A stretch of 64,000 nt of DNA from NCBI GenBank assembly GCA_964399775.1, contig CAYNSH010000006.1, positions 3,507 to 67,506 on the forward strand, read 5' to 3'. Position numbers and translations under genes: made by a program. Numbering within the stretch: position 1 is the stretch's first letter; every line of letters starts with the position of its first letter. A model generated the notes under the pieces. It was not told the origin of the DNA. It worked only from the letters and a program-made list of their open reading frames with translations, and did not search any database. Shown piece by piece: positions 56,124 through 64,000 of the stretch. The DNA is from an uncultured Verrucomicrobiota bacterium (GTDB lineage: Bacteria; Verrucomicrobiota; Kiritimatiellia; CAIQIC01; Lenti-01).

Positions 56124-57632
56124 ATGTCATTACGGAACGACCATTTTCGGATCCGGGTTTTGTCCTTGATCCGCGGGCTGTGGGCGGGATGCGCCCTGCT
56201 GGGGATGGTTTCGGCTGTGCGCGCGGAAGTGGAGGTGCTGGGGCTGTCTGCGCCCGGTCGCATCGAATGGCAGGCGACGGGGGTGACGGCCACCGTCTAT
56301 GAGGTGCAATTCGCGACGACGCTTTCCGCCGCGACGGACTGGCAGACGGCGGGGATGGAATGGGCCACCGGCGCGGTGGTCTCCGCCCGGCTGAATGTCA
56401 CCAACCCGGCCGCCTTTTTCCGGGTGGCGGCGGTGACGTCGGCGTTTCCGCGGACCCGCCATCCGATGGCGCTGATCCCCGCCGGCGACTTTGCGATGGG
56501 CAATCCCTTCGGCCATCTGCCGCCGCCCGGCGAGGGCTGGCCGCGCGAGCTGCCGGTGCATACCGTGCCGGTGAGCCCGTTTCTGATGGATCGCTTCGAG
56601 GTCTCCTACGAACCCTTTCTGGAGGTCTACAACTGGGCGCTCGATCAGGGTCTGGTGACGCTGGTGGACGTGGTCTGGACCAACGTGACGGGCGGCGTGA
56701 CCAATGTTCTGACCAACCTGAACCACCGCGTGATGAACACGGAGGGGACGCCCCGCCGCCTGTTCGACGTGAACTGGAACTGGGCGGATGTGGGATATGC
56801 GGGTGGATCCTTCTTCTTGCACGACATGGAACGGACGAACTTCCCGGCGCTGAACGTGACCTGGTTCGGGGCGATGGCCTACGGCAATTACCGCAGCGAC
56901 ATGGAGGGGCTGCCGCGGGCGGTGGATTTCGGACCGACGAACTGGAGCATGACCCTGACCAATTCCGGCTACCGGCTGCCGACCGAAGCCGAATGGGAGA
57001 AGGCGGCCCGCGGCGGCGTGCCCGGCACCCATTTCCCGTGGCCGGACGATTCCGTGCAGGGGACCAACGACTACATGTGGAGCATTGATCCGGTGAAGGC
57101 GAACTACATGGACTTCCGGTTTTTACAAGACGGCCTGGCGCATCACCCGGCGCACCCGTGGTTCAACAAGACCCATCTGTCCCTTCCACCCTACGGAACC
57201 ACGCCGGTGGGCTATTACAACGGCAACCAGCAGATCACCTTCTCGCCGGGCTCCACGAATTCCTGGATCTATGTGAAACGCGGAGCGGACTGGGGCGCCA
57301 CGCAGGACATGGCCAACGCCTACGGGCTCTACGACATGGCGGGCAACGTGTACGAGTGGTGTTACGACTGGGCGGGCACGAACTGGTACGGCAAGCCCGA
57401 GGCTTCCCTGCCGGATCCCATGGGCGAGCCGTTCGAAAACCGCCACGACATCTACATGCCGCCGCCGGGCGTTGCCGGCCGGATCGTGCGCGGCGGCGGC
57501 TGGCAGCCGATTCCGTTTATCTTCCTGACGGACACGGATCCGTCCTTCAAGCGTTGCGCCTTTCGCGGCATGCAGAACCCGACCCTTGCCCATCAGGCGC
57601 TGGGCTTCCGCACCGTCCGCTCGATCCGCTGA
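56124..57632 (+). CDS. Formylglycine-generating-enzyme (SUMF1/FGE) family protein with N-terminal beta-sandwich domain
   Basis: Signal peptide. N-domain ...YEVQFATTLSAATDWQ...NPAAFFRVAAV. FGE-like MALIPAGDFAMG, RLPTEAEWEKAARGG, YDMAGNVYEWCYDW, IVRGGGW and GFRTVR. Confidence 0.85.
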   Translation: MSLRNDHFRIRVLSLIRGLWAGCALLGMVSAVRAEVEVLGLSAPGRIEWQATGVTATVYEVQFATTLSAATDWQTAGMEWATGAVVSARLNVTNPAAFFRVAAVTSAFPRTRHPMALIPAGDFAMGNPFGHLPPPGEGWPRELPVHTVPVSPFLMDRFEVSYEPFLEVYNWALDQGLVTLVDVVWTNVTGGVTNVLTNLNHRVMNTEGTPRRLFDVNWNWADVGYAGGSFFLHDMERTNFPALNVTWFGAMAYGNYRSDMEGLPRAVDFGPTNWSMTLTNSGYRLPTEAEWEKAARGGVPGTHFPWPDDSVQGTNDYMWSIDPVKANYMDFRFLQDGLAHHPAHPWFNKTHLSLPPYGTTPVGYYNGNQQITFSPGSTNSWIYVKRGADWGATQDMANAYGLYDMAGNVYEWCYDWAGTNWYGKPEASLPDPMGEPFENRHDIYMPPPGVAGRIVRGGGWQPIPFIFLTDTDPSFKRCAFRGMQNPTLAHQALGFRTVRSIR

Positions 57633-57644
57633 GCTCGGGAATGG

Positions 57645-57674
57645 AATGGCTGTGGTCCGTCATACACAGCCATT
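57645..57674. terminator. Hairpin between convergent genes (AATGGCTGTG-10 nt-CACAGCCATT)
   Basis: A perfect 10-bp stem in an 85-bp convergent spacer. There is no strong T-tract, so it is a weak or bidirectional candidate. Confidence 0.4.
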
Positions 57675-57717
57675 TGCGGGATGGGCCTGATTGCGGCCAT
57701 GTCATAGGATGGGGGTC

Positions 57718-60084
57718 TTATGGCAACCGGCTTTCCCGCAGCAACCACGAACCCCTTGGAGGAAGGGAGGGAATTCGTTCGGATTCTTGCGCCCGTTGGA
57801 GAAGCGGCCGGGCGCGGTCGGGATCGCGAAGGGCTTCGTTGGGATGGAACTGAAACACCCAGGCCAGGCTGCCAACTAGTTCGAGATCGTCATGAGCCCA
57901 ATCGGCGGCGATCCGCAACTGGATGCGCGCTTCTTCGGTTTGACCCATGGCGGCCCGCAGCAGGCCGAGGTGATAGGCGTGGCGCGCCCGGTTCCAGCGT
58001 TGACCGGCGGCGGTCAGCAAGGGTTCCGAAAAATGGAATTCCCGGCGAAGGGTATGCCAGGCGCCCAGCCAGAACAGCGGTTCGGGCATGTCATTGCGAA
58101 TCTTCATTAGTTTTTGCCAGACCGGAATGGCATCGGGCAGCCGCCCCCGGTTCATCAAATCCATGGCCGTCGTCTTCTGCTCGGCCAGATAGCGCAGTTG
58201 CGCCACCGCGCGCCGCACCCGCCAGCGGTAGTCCAACCGCCGGATTCGCAACAGAACCGATTGGGCAAAGGACAGGGCTTCATCGGTCTGTCCGTTGGAA
58301 AGCAGGGTGGACACAATCTGGAAGGTGCCGCCCGCGGCGGCATAGCCATGCTTGCGGCGGCCGGCCAGCAGCACCTGGGCGGCGTCGTCCGGGTGTCCGG
58401 TGGCGGCCAAGAGTCGGGCCATCGGCAAGCGGACGCTGATCCGGTGGGGCGCGCGTTGCATGGCCCGGCGCACCACCTCTTCCGCTTCGCGGGTCCGGTT
58501 CATTTCCAACAACTGCCGTCCCCAATGCAGCGGCAGAAACGGATCGTCGGGGGAGGATGCCATGCGGAACTCATAGGCACGCCGCGTGGCGTCAAGATCC
58601 ATGCCCCATGCCGCCGCCTCCAGTTCGGCGTGCCGTTGCAGGAGACGCTGCATGCGGTTGGAATGGCCCCATTGGCTGGTGAAGGGCGGCTGGCTGTGGC
58701 GGGTCAGAATTCGCCGGGAGAAATCCATTTCAATGTATGGCGTGATGAGCAGTTGATCCTTCACCTCGTCAAAGGAGGGCGGAGGCGCCGGCAACCGGTC
58801 CTGGAACGCCGCAAGTGTCTCCAGCGAATCCGCCCAAAGGCATGCGAGATCATACGACCCCTCCAGCGTGAAGTGGACATGGTCCATGAACAGGTCGGCA
58901 TCGGATGGCGCTGAATCCCCGCGAAAGTGCGCATCGACATCCACAAAGACCAGCCGATCCGTTTGACTTGCCGCGATTTCCTTGACGATGCGGTTCAGTG
59001 CGGCATCCGCGCGGAAACGAAAGGCATCCTGCTCGCAAGCCAGGTCGTAGAGCCGGTCCGCCGCGCCGGGCTGGCCCGCCTGGTCCACGCACATGGCGGT
59101 GAGCCAAGCCAGTTCGGCGTGCGCCGGATCCAGTTCGGCCGCGCGTTCGAAATGCGTGAGGGCCCGGCCCCAATCCTCCTGCTCCACCCCGGTGCGGCCC
59201 TTCTGAAATGCCTCCTCCCAGGTTTCCAGTTCTTTGGCTGTCAGGCCCGGGTTGTTCCGAGAAAGGACGGGCGGGAAATCGCGCCGGTTGACGGCCACGG
59301 TGCAGAGGACCGCCTGCGCGCGGGCCCGGTGCACGGAACGCACGATGGCTCGCAGATTGCGGTCGAACCGGCGGTAGACGATGTTGAGCCGCGGATCATC
59401 CGCCGCGACGGGATTCTGGCTGAACATGTCCAAACCGTCAAACTCCGTCCGCATCCGGCCTTCCAGAACGACGGAGGCGGCGAAGCGGGCCAGTTGCAGA
59501 AGCCGGAACCGGCTGGCCCAAACCGACGCCCGCACCCAGGCGTCGTTGGAGAAGAACCCGGAAAAGACGGTGCCCGGCCCATAGGGACCGATGACCTCGT
59601 TGTTGCCGATATAGAGGATAACGGCATCTGGTTCGAGGCCGGACAACTCGCGGGCGATTTCGCGAATGACGTGGCTGTTGATGGCGGTGATGGCGCCGTT
59701 GATGACTTCGATGCGGCGACCGGGATAGCGGTGCCGGAGAATCGATTGCAACATACGCGGCGGGCCGAAATCGGACATGGGATCGCCCAAGGCGGCCGAC
59801 TCGCCCAAGACCACAATGCGCACGGCGTCTGCGGGCTTGGGTCGGTCCACGTGGGCGATGCACGAGACGCGCGCCATGGGCGGGGGGAAATAACGATAGG
59901 TGTAAAAGTCATTTTCACGCCAGACGGCGCGTTCTCCGATGCGATCAGGCACCCATAGGGTGGTTGGAAAGCCGCCGCCAGCGAACCGAAGCACCAACTC
60001 CGCGGCGCCCAGCAAAAGCAGTGGAATGCCCAAGGCCAATCCCAACCTGGCCAACAAGCTAAGAACACGTGCCTTCGAGAACAT
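57718..60084 (-). CDS. Membrane-anchored SGNH/GDSL-like hydrolase-TPR protein (paralogue of 53889..56012)
   Basis: TM LALGIPLLLLGAAELVL. Blocks IVVLGESAALG, LYIGNNEVIGPYGPG and MDHVHFT. TPR-like C-terminal half. The N-terminal halves align by eye with the paralogue. Confidence 0.75.
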   Translation of the reverse strand: MFSKARVLSLLARLGLALGIPLLLLGAAELVLRFAGGGFPTTLWVPDRIGERAVWRENDFYTYRYFPPPMARVSCIAHVDRPKPADAVRIVVLGESAALGDPMSDFGPPRMLQSILRHRYPGRRIEVINGAITAINSHVIREIARELSGLEPDAVILYIGNNEVIGPYGPGTVFSGFFSNDAWVRASVWASRFRLLQLARFAASVVLEGRMRTEFDGLDMFSQNPVAADDPRLNIVYRRFDRNLRAIVRSVHRARAQAVLCTVAVNRRDFPPVLSRNNPGLTAKELETWEEAFQKGRTGVEQEDWGRALTHFERAAELDPAHAELAWLTAMCVDQAGQPGAADRLYDLACEQDAFRFRADAALNRIVKEIAASQTDRLVFVDVDAHFRGDSAPSDADLFMDHVHFTLEGSYDLACLWADSLETLAAFQDRLPAPPPSFDEVKDQLLITPYIEMDFSRRILTRHSQPPFTSQWGHSNRMQRLLQRHAELEAAAWGMDLDATRRAYEFRMASSPDDPFLPLHWGRQLLEMNRTREAEEVVRRAMQRAPHRISVRLPMARLLAATGHPDDAAQVLLAGRRKHGYAAAGGTFQIVSTLLSNGQTDEALSFAQSVLLRIRRLDYRWRVRRAVAQLRYLAEQKTTAMDLMNRGRLPDAIPVWQKLMKIRNDMPEPLFWLGAWHTLRREFHFSEPLLTAAGQRWNRARHAYHLGLLRAAMGQTEEARIQLRIAADWAHDDLELVGSLAWVFQFHPNEALRDPDRARPLLQRAQESERIPSLPPRGSWLLRESRLP

Positions 60085-60127
60085 CTGTCGAAAATAAATA
60101 ATTCATCCCCGCCGGTGCAATTCATTT

Positions 60128-61211
60128 AAAGGGGTCAGTCCGCCTAATTCGCTATTTTGATTGAATGTTGCCACGATTCATGTTCGACTGCGATGCATGG
60201 CCAGAAAACCCAGGGTTGAATTCGCGGGTGCGACCTATCATGTGATGTGTCGCGGAAATCGGAAGGAATTGATCTTTTGGGACGGCATGGACTGCGAGCG
60301 GTTCCTGTTTACGCTGGGTGAGGTTGCCGAAAGAACCGGCTGGATCGTTCACGCCTATGTGCTGATGGGAAACCATTACCACCTTTTGCTGGAAACGCCG
60401 GAGCCCAATTTGGTTGATGGCATGCGCTGGTTCCAAGGAACCTACACGCAACGGTTCAATATCCGGCACAAAGTCTGCGGACATTTGTTCCAGGGGCGAT
60501 ATAAGGCCTTGCCTGTCGATCAGGGAAATTACTTCAAGACGGTTGCCGATTATGTCCACCTCAATCCGGCGCGGGCGCAGGCGTTCGACTTGGAGTCGGG
60601 AAATATTGCCGACTACGAATGGAGCAGTGCGCCCGCCTATGTGCGCCCCGAAAAGCGCCCTTCGTTTTTAAAAGTAGGGCGGGTGCTGGGCTCTTATGGC
60701 CTCTCGGACGATGAATTTGGACGTCGCCGGTATGTCAGCTATTTGAATCGGCGGGTTCTGGATATTCTACATAGCGCAAACCCAAAGAACATCGATGAAC
60801 AGTGGCGAAACATCCGCCGAGGCTGGGCCTTCGGGTCCGAGGAATTCCGCATGAAAGTGCAGAATTCGATCGGCGTGGTCATGGACGGCAAGCGGCGAGA
60901 CTCGTTCATGGGGGAGGAAATTCGGCTTCACGATGAGATCGAGGCGGAAACCATCATCCAAAGAGATCTGGCCATCTGTGGTCTCGACGAGGCCATACTG
61001 TCGGAACTGAAAAAAAGCGATGACCGAAAAAAGGCGATAGCATGGCATCTGCGCAAAAAGACGAGTGTTCGAACGGAATGGATTGCGCGCCGGCTTAAAA
61101 TGGGATCCACTTCGAACTTGGCCGATTATATCCATGCGGTGGAGCAAGCCAGGGATGGCCGTCTTTGGAGACTGAGGCGCAAAATCACTAAATAGGCGGA
61201 CTGACCCCTTT
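60128..61211 (+). mobile_element. RAYT/IS200-like HUH transposase unit bounded by perfect 19-bp inverted repeats
   Basis: IR-L AAAGGGGTCAGTCCGCCTA (60128-46) and IR-R TAGGCGGACTGACCCCTTT (61193-211) are exact reverse complements. The interior is visibly lower in G+C than the flanks (by eye, not computed). Confidence 0.75.
60197..61195 (+). CDS. REP-associated tyrosine transposase-like (Y1 HUH, IS200/IS605-type fold) with a C-terminal helix-turn-helix extension
   Basis: ARKPRVEFAGATYHVMCRGN, the HUH motif LMGNHYHLLLE, GHLFQGRYKA, and the catalytic Tyr region ADYVHLNPARA. The C-terminal RKKAIAWHLRKKTSVRTEWIARRLKMGSTSNL resembles a DnaA-C-like HTH. The stop codon lies inside IR-R. Confidence 0.8.
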   Translation: MARKPRVEFAGATYHVMCRGNRKELIFWDGMDCERFLFTLGEVAERTGWIVHAYVLMGNHYHLLLETPEPNLVDGMRWFQGTYTQRFNIRHKVCGHLFQGRYKALPVDQGNYFKTVADYVHLNPARAQAFDLESGNIADYEWSSAPAYVRPEKRPSFLKVGRVLGSYGLSDDEFGRRRYVSYLNRRVLDILHSANPKNIDEQWRNIRRGWAFGSEEFRMKVQNSIGVVMDGKRRDSFMGEEIRLHDEIEAETIIQRDLAICGLDEAILSELKKSDDRKKAIAWHLRKKTSVRTEWIARRLKMGSTSNLADYIHAVEQARDGRLWRLRRKITK

Positions 61212-61745
61212 TTAGCGGACGGCATCGCCGCAATGCGCCTTTCGGCGGCAGGTGTCGCAGGGCTCGCCGATCCAAACGGAATCGAACTGGGCGATGGCGG
61301 CGGCGATCAGCCCGGGGTCGTTGGTCCAGAGACCGGCCTCGAAGTTGCGTTTGCCGTCGCTTTTCATGCCGATGCCCGCGCCGGTGAGGTTGGCGGAGCC
61401 GATGTAGGCCTCGCGCAGGTCGAAGATCAGCAGCTTAAAATGGACGCGCGGGCAAAGCACGCGCTCGAGGCCTTCGACCAGGACGGGGTAGCGGTCGAAA
61501 TCCTTCCGGAAATTCGGCCCGGGCTCTTTGGCATGGATCAGGCGGACGCTGACGCCCCGCTGGATCAGGTCGGCCAGCTCCCCGAGGAACGGGCGGGCGG
61601 TTTTCCCGCGCATCACGAAGACATCCTTGAGGTCCGCCGTGCCGATCCAGAGCGTTTTCTCCACCTCCCGCGCGCGGAGGAGGACCTGCGAATAGTGCGC
61701 CTCGTCGCGGACGTAGCGGTGGAAGATGGGGGTCTCGGCGGGCAT
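61212..61745 (-). CDS. Single-HKD phospholipase D/Nuc-like protein with a C-terminal Cys cluster
   Basis: RVHFKLLIFDLREAYIGSANLTGAG (HxK-x4-D-x6-GSxN). C-terminus CDTCRRKAHCGDAV. 177 aa. Confidence 0.75.
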   Translation of the reverse strand: MPAETPIFHRYVRDEAHYSQVLLRAREVEKTLWIGTADLKDVFVMRGKTARPFLGELADLIQRGVSVRLIHAKEPGPNFRKDFDRYPVLVEGLERVLCPRVHFKLLIFDLREAYIGSANLTGAGIGMKSDGKRNFEAGLWTNDPGLIAAAIAQFDSVWIGEPCDTCRRKAHCGDAVR

Positions 61746-61778
61746 GGGGGAAGTGTTTCATGAAGAACCGGGGGGCTC

Positions 61779-61820
61779 AATATTCAATATTCAACAAGGA
61801 ATATTCAATTTCCAAGGGGA
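61779..61820. repeat. Heptad-periodic AT-rich repeat AATATTC AATATTC AACAAGG AATATTC AATTTCC AAGGGGA
   Basis: Six consecutive 7-mers beginning with AA, three of them identical, located in the divergent intergenic region between the PLD-like and GNAT genes. Confidence 0.7.
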
Positions 61821-61945
61821 GCGGCCTGGAGCAGGCAAGCTCACGCCAAGACGCGAAGACGCCAAGGGTACATTACAGGAACAAGCCATCCGGGTTCTTG
61901 CGCGGGGGAGTGGAAACCGGCATGATGCGGAAAAGCGAGGGCGCG

Positions 61946-62794
61946 ATGAAGATGCGAATCGACCAACTGCAGATCGAAGACTTGGACTTCTGCGCGGAGC
62001 AGGCGCGGCGGGAGGGGTGGAATCCGGGCCTCCACGACATGGCGGTGTTTTACGCGGCCGATCCGTCGGGCTGGTTCAAGGCGGTGGACGACGCGGGGCG
62101 GATCGCGGGGTGCGTGTCGGCGGTGGCGTACGACGCGCATTTCGGGTTCATCGGGTTTTTCGTGGTGGTGCCGGAGCATCGCGGCGGGCGGGTGGGAATC
62201 GATCTGGGGCGGCGGGCGCTGGAGTATCTCGACGGGCGGGTGATTGGGCAGGACGGTGTGTTCGCGAAGGTGGCCAACTATGAGACGTGGGGGTTCAAAC
62301 TGGCCTATCGGAATCTGCGCTACGAATGGCTGGGCGGGCCGTTGCCGGAAGCCAACGGGATCGCGGCGAAGCCCTTCGAGCCGGCGATGTGGCCGGCCGT
62401 GTTGGCCTTTGACGCGGGCTTGTTCCCGTGCCGGCGCGAGGCGTTCCTTGCGCGGTGGCTGGCGATGCCGGAAGCGGTCGCGCGGATGGTGTTCGTCCGC
62501 GGCGAGCTGGCGGGCTGGGGCATGCGGCGGCGGTGCGTGTCGGGCTGGAAGATCGGACCGCTGTTCGCGGACGGCGGCGACGTGGCCCGGGCGTTGGTGC
62601 GGGGTTTGCTGGTGGACGTGGAGCCGGGCGCGCCGGTCTATCTGGATGTTCCGGAAGTGAACCGGGATGGCGTGGCGCTGGTGGAATCGCTGGGGATGAA
62701 GCCATGCTTCGGCACGGCCCGCATGTACATGAACGGGACGCCGGAACTGGACGTCTCGCGCATCTACGGGGTGACCAGTTTCGAGCTGGGGTGA
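61946..62794 (+). CDS. GNAT family N-acetyltransferase (two-domain, YitH-like)
   Basis: FIGFFVVVPEHRGGRVGIDLGRRALEYL is the acetyl-CoA-binding motif A. The C-terminal second domain ends VTSFELG. The start could instead be 61922. Confidence 0.7.
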   Translation: MKMRIDQLQIEDLDFCAEQARREGWNPGLHDMAVFYAADPSGWFKAVDDAGRIAGCVSAVAYDAHFGFIGFFVVVPEHRGGRVGIDLGRRALEYLDGRVIGQDGVFAKVANYETWGFKLAYRNLRYEWLGGPLPEANGIAAKPFEPAMWPAVLAFDAGLFPCRREAFLARWLAMPEAVARMVFVRGELAGWGMRRRCVSGWKIGPLFADGGDVARALVRGLLVDVEPGAPVYLDVPEVNRDGVALVESLGMKPCFGTARMYMNGTPELDVSRIYGVTSFELG

Positions 62795-62935
62795 GCCAAA
62801 AATATTTGGCGAAATTATTTATCAATAGTTCTTGCCGGTCCCGGCGGAAGTCAGCAAACTCAAGCGTACCGGGAGAGACGAGCCCGGAATCCTGATGTGG
62901 TTCATGAGAATGGCGATTCAAGGAGGACTGGCGTC

Positions 62936-64000
62936 ATGGCAAAAACAAGATGGATCGGTTGGGTGGGGGTTCTTCTGGCGTTGGCGCTGCACGCGCCGGC
63001 CGATGAGGTCAGGCGAATCCGCCTCGAATCCGGGGGGCGCTTGACCTTCAACGAATGGCCGGAGCATTCCGGATCGGTCGAATACAAGGTGCAGGCCGTG
63101 GAGGATCTGGCCGACGAAGATTGGGCGACGCTGCCCACCGATATTTATGTGTCGGGCGAAGGGGGTTACTACACGGATATCCCGATGGATGTGGAGAAGA
63201 TGTTTTTCCGGATCAACTTATCCCTCCCCGTGCCGCCTGCGCCGGTCGGCATGGTGCTGGTGCCCGGCGGGACCAACACCGGGACGGACCCGGATTTCGG
63301 GGCCTACAGCCTCACGGTGCTGAGCTTCTTCATGGACCAGTATGCCGTGACCCGGGCCCAGTGGGAAAACACGATGCTATGGGCTCTTGACCACGGATAT
63401 CAGTTCGACAACCCCGGATATGGCCGGGAGGCGGACCACCCGGTGCATACCATTAGCTGGAATGATGCCGTCAAGTGGTGCAACGCGCGGACCGAACAGA
63501 TTGCTGGCGATCCGGTCTATTACACCGATGCGGGATTTACCCAGGTGTATAAAACCGGAACGGTTCCTGAGATATTCTTTAAAACCACTTCCCGGGGGTT
63601 CCGGCTGCCGACGGACGTGGAACGGCACTACGCGGCCCGGGGCGGGGCCGTGGGCCGCCGCTTTCCGTGGGCGGACACCGACGACATTCAGCATGCCCGG
63701 GCCAATTACTATAGCGTTATTGACCTTCCCTACGACACGAGCCCGACGCGGGACTATCATCCGGATTACGAGGTAGAGCCCTCACCCTTCACGAATCCGG
63801 GCGATGCGTTTGCGCCCAACGGGTACGGGCTGTACGACATAGCCGGCAACGTCCAGGAGTGGTGCTGGAACTGGCTGCCCGGCTCCGATTACGGGTCGCG
63901 CATCGTGCGCGGCGGAAATTGGCATTATGAAGCCTCTTGGGCCCGGGTCGGAGCTCGTTTGGGTTTTCCCCCTAACACCGCCACCAGTTTGATCGGGTTC
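62936..64000 (+). CDS. FGE/SUMF1 family protein, 5' portion (open to window end; not in ORF track)
   Basis: My translation from the ATG at 62936 (AAGGAGGA SD) is open for 355 codons to position 64000. It reads MAKTRWIGWVGVLLALALHA..., with N-domain ...EYKVQAVEDLADEDW...KMFFRINL, then MVLVPGG, HPVHTISWNDAVKWCNAR, GFRLPTDVERHYAARGG, YDIAGNVQEWCWNW, IVRGGNW and LIGF. Confidence 0.8.
   Translation, partial: MAKTRWIGWVGVLLALALHAPADEVRRIRLESGGRLTFNEWPEHSGSVEYKVQAVEDLADEDWATLPTDIYVSGEGGYYTDIPMDVEKMFFRINLSLPVPPAPVGMVLVPGGTNTGTDPDFGAYSLTVLSFFMDQYAVTRAQWENTMLWALDHGYQFDNPGYGREADHPVHTISWNDAVKWCNARTEQIAGDPVYYTDAGFTQVYKTGTVPEIFFKTTSRGFRLPTDVERHYAARGGAVGRRFPWADTDDIQHARANYYSVIDLPYDTSPTRDYHPDYEVEPSPFTNPGDAFAPNGYGLYDIAGNVQEWCWNWLPGSDYGSRIVRGGNWHYEASWARVGARLGFPPNTATSLIGF

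Overview
High-GC bacterial chromosome segment. Gene content (PEP-CTERM protein, several FGE/SUMF1-like genes, fragmented cell-wall cluster, heptamer-repeat intergenic elements) suggests the PVC superphylum (Verrucomicrobiota/Kiritimatiellota-like); that assignment is inference only.

Positions 1-48.6 kb are mostly core housekeeping:
- rpoZ-smpB and RNase P RNA
- an lplA-PNPOx-pdhABC-lpdA operon
- a bactofilin pair followed by a MurC paralogue
- PadR / alpha-2-macroglobulin / PbpC
- tRNA-Gln and prs-ctc-pth-rpsF-ssb-rpsR-rplI-dnaB-bamA
- ppdK
- a LysM lipoprotein...ogt-murG-murC operon
- hldD-kdsA-lptCAB-hpf-hprK-ptsH-ptsI
- metK, dac and queA

From about 48.6 kb to the window end the content turns accessory:
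- an AT-rich promoter island
- a two-gene operon: tandem CBM21-like modules fused to an EEP phosphodiesterase, plus a two-HKD phospholipase-D protein
- a VapBC toxin-antitoxin pair
- a PEP-CTERM protein
- two paralogous SGNH-hydrolase/TPR proteins flanking an FGE-like protein
- a low-GC HUH (RAYT/IS200-like) transposase flanked by perfect 19-bp inverted repeats
- a single-HKD PLD nuclease-like gene
- a GNAT gene
- a second FGE-like gene that runs off the window and is absent from the ORF track

The candidates I consider most novel are:
1. A PadR regulator followed by an alpha-2-macroglobulin whose N-terminus carries a DUF1700/HAAS-like cytoplasmic domain and a TM anchor, coupled to pbpC.
2. 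The cytoplasmic CBM21x2-EEP + PLD operon under an operator-flanked promoter.
3. Families of short intergenic repeats: GGTCAG-core palindromes probably linked to the RAYT, TTTTCCA-N5-TGGAAAA palindrome arrays, and heptamer doublets.

All calls rest on reading the translations and the DNA by eye; no database search was run. The many long antisense ORFs in the track are GC-driven shadows.
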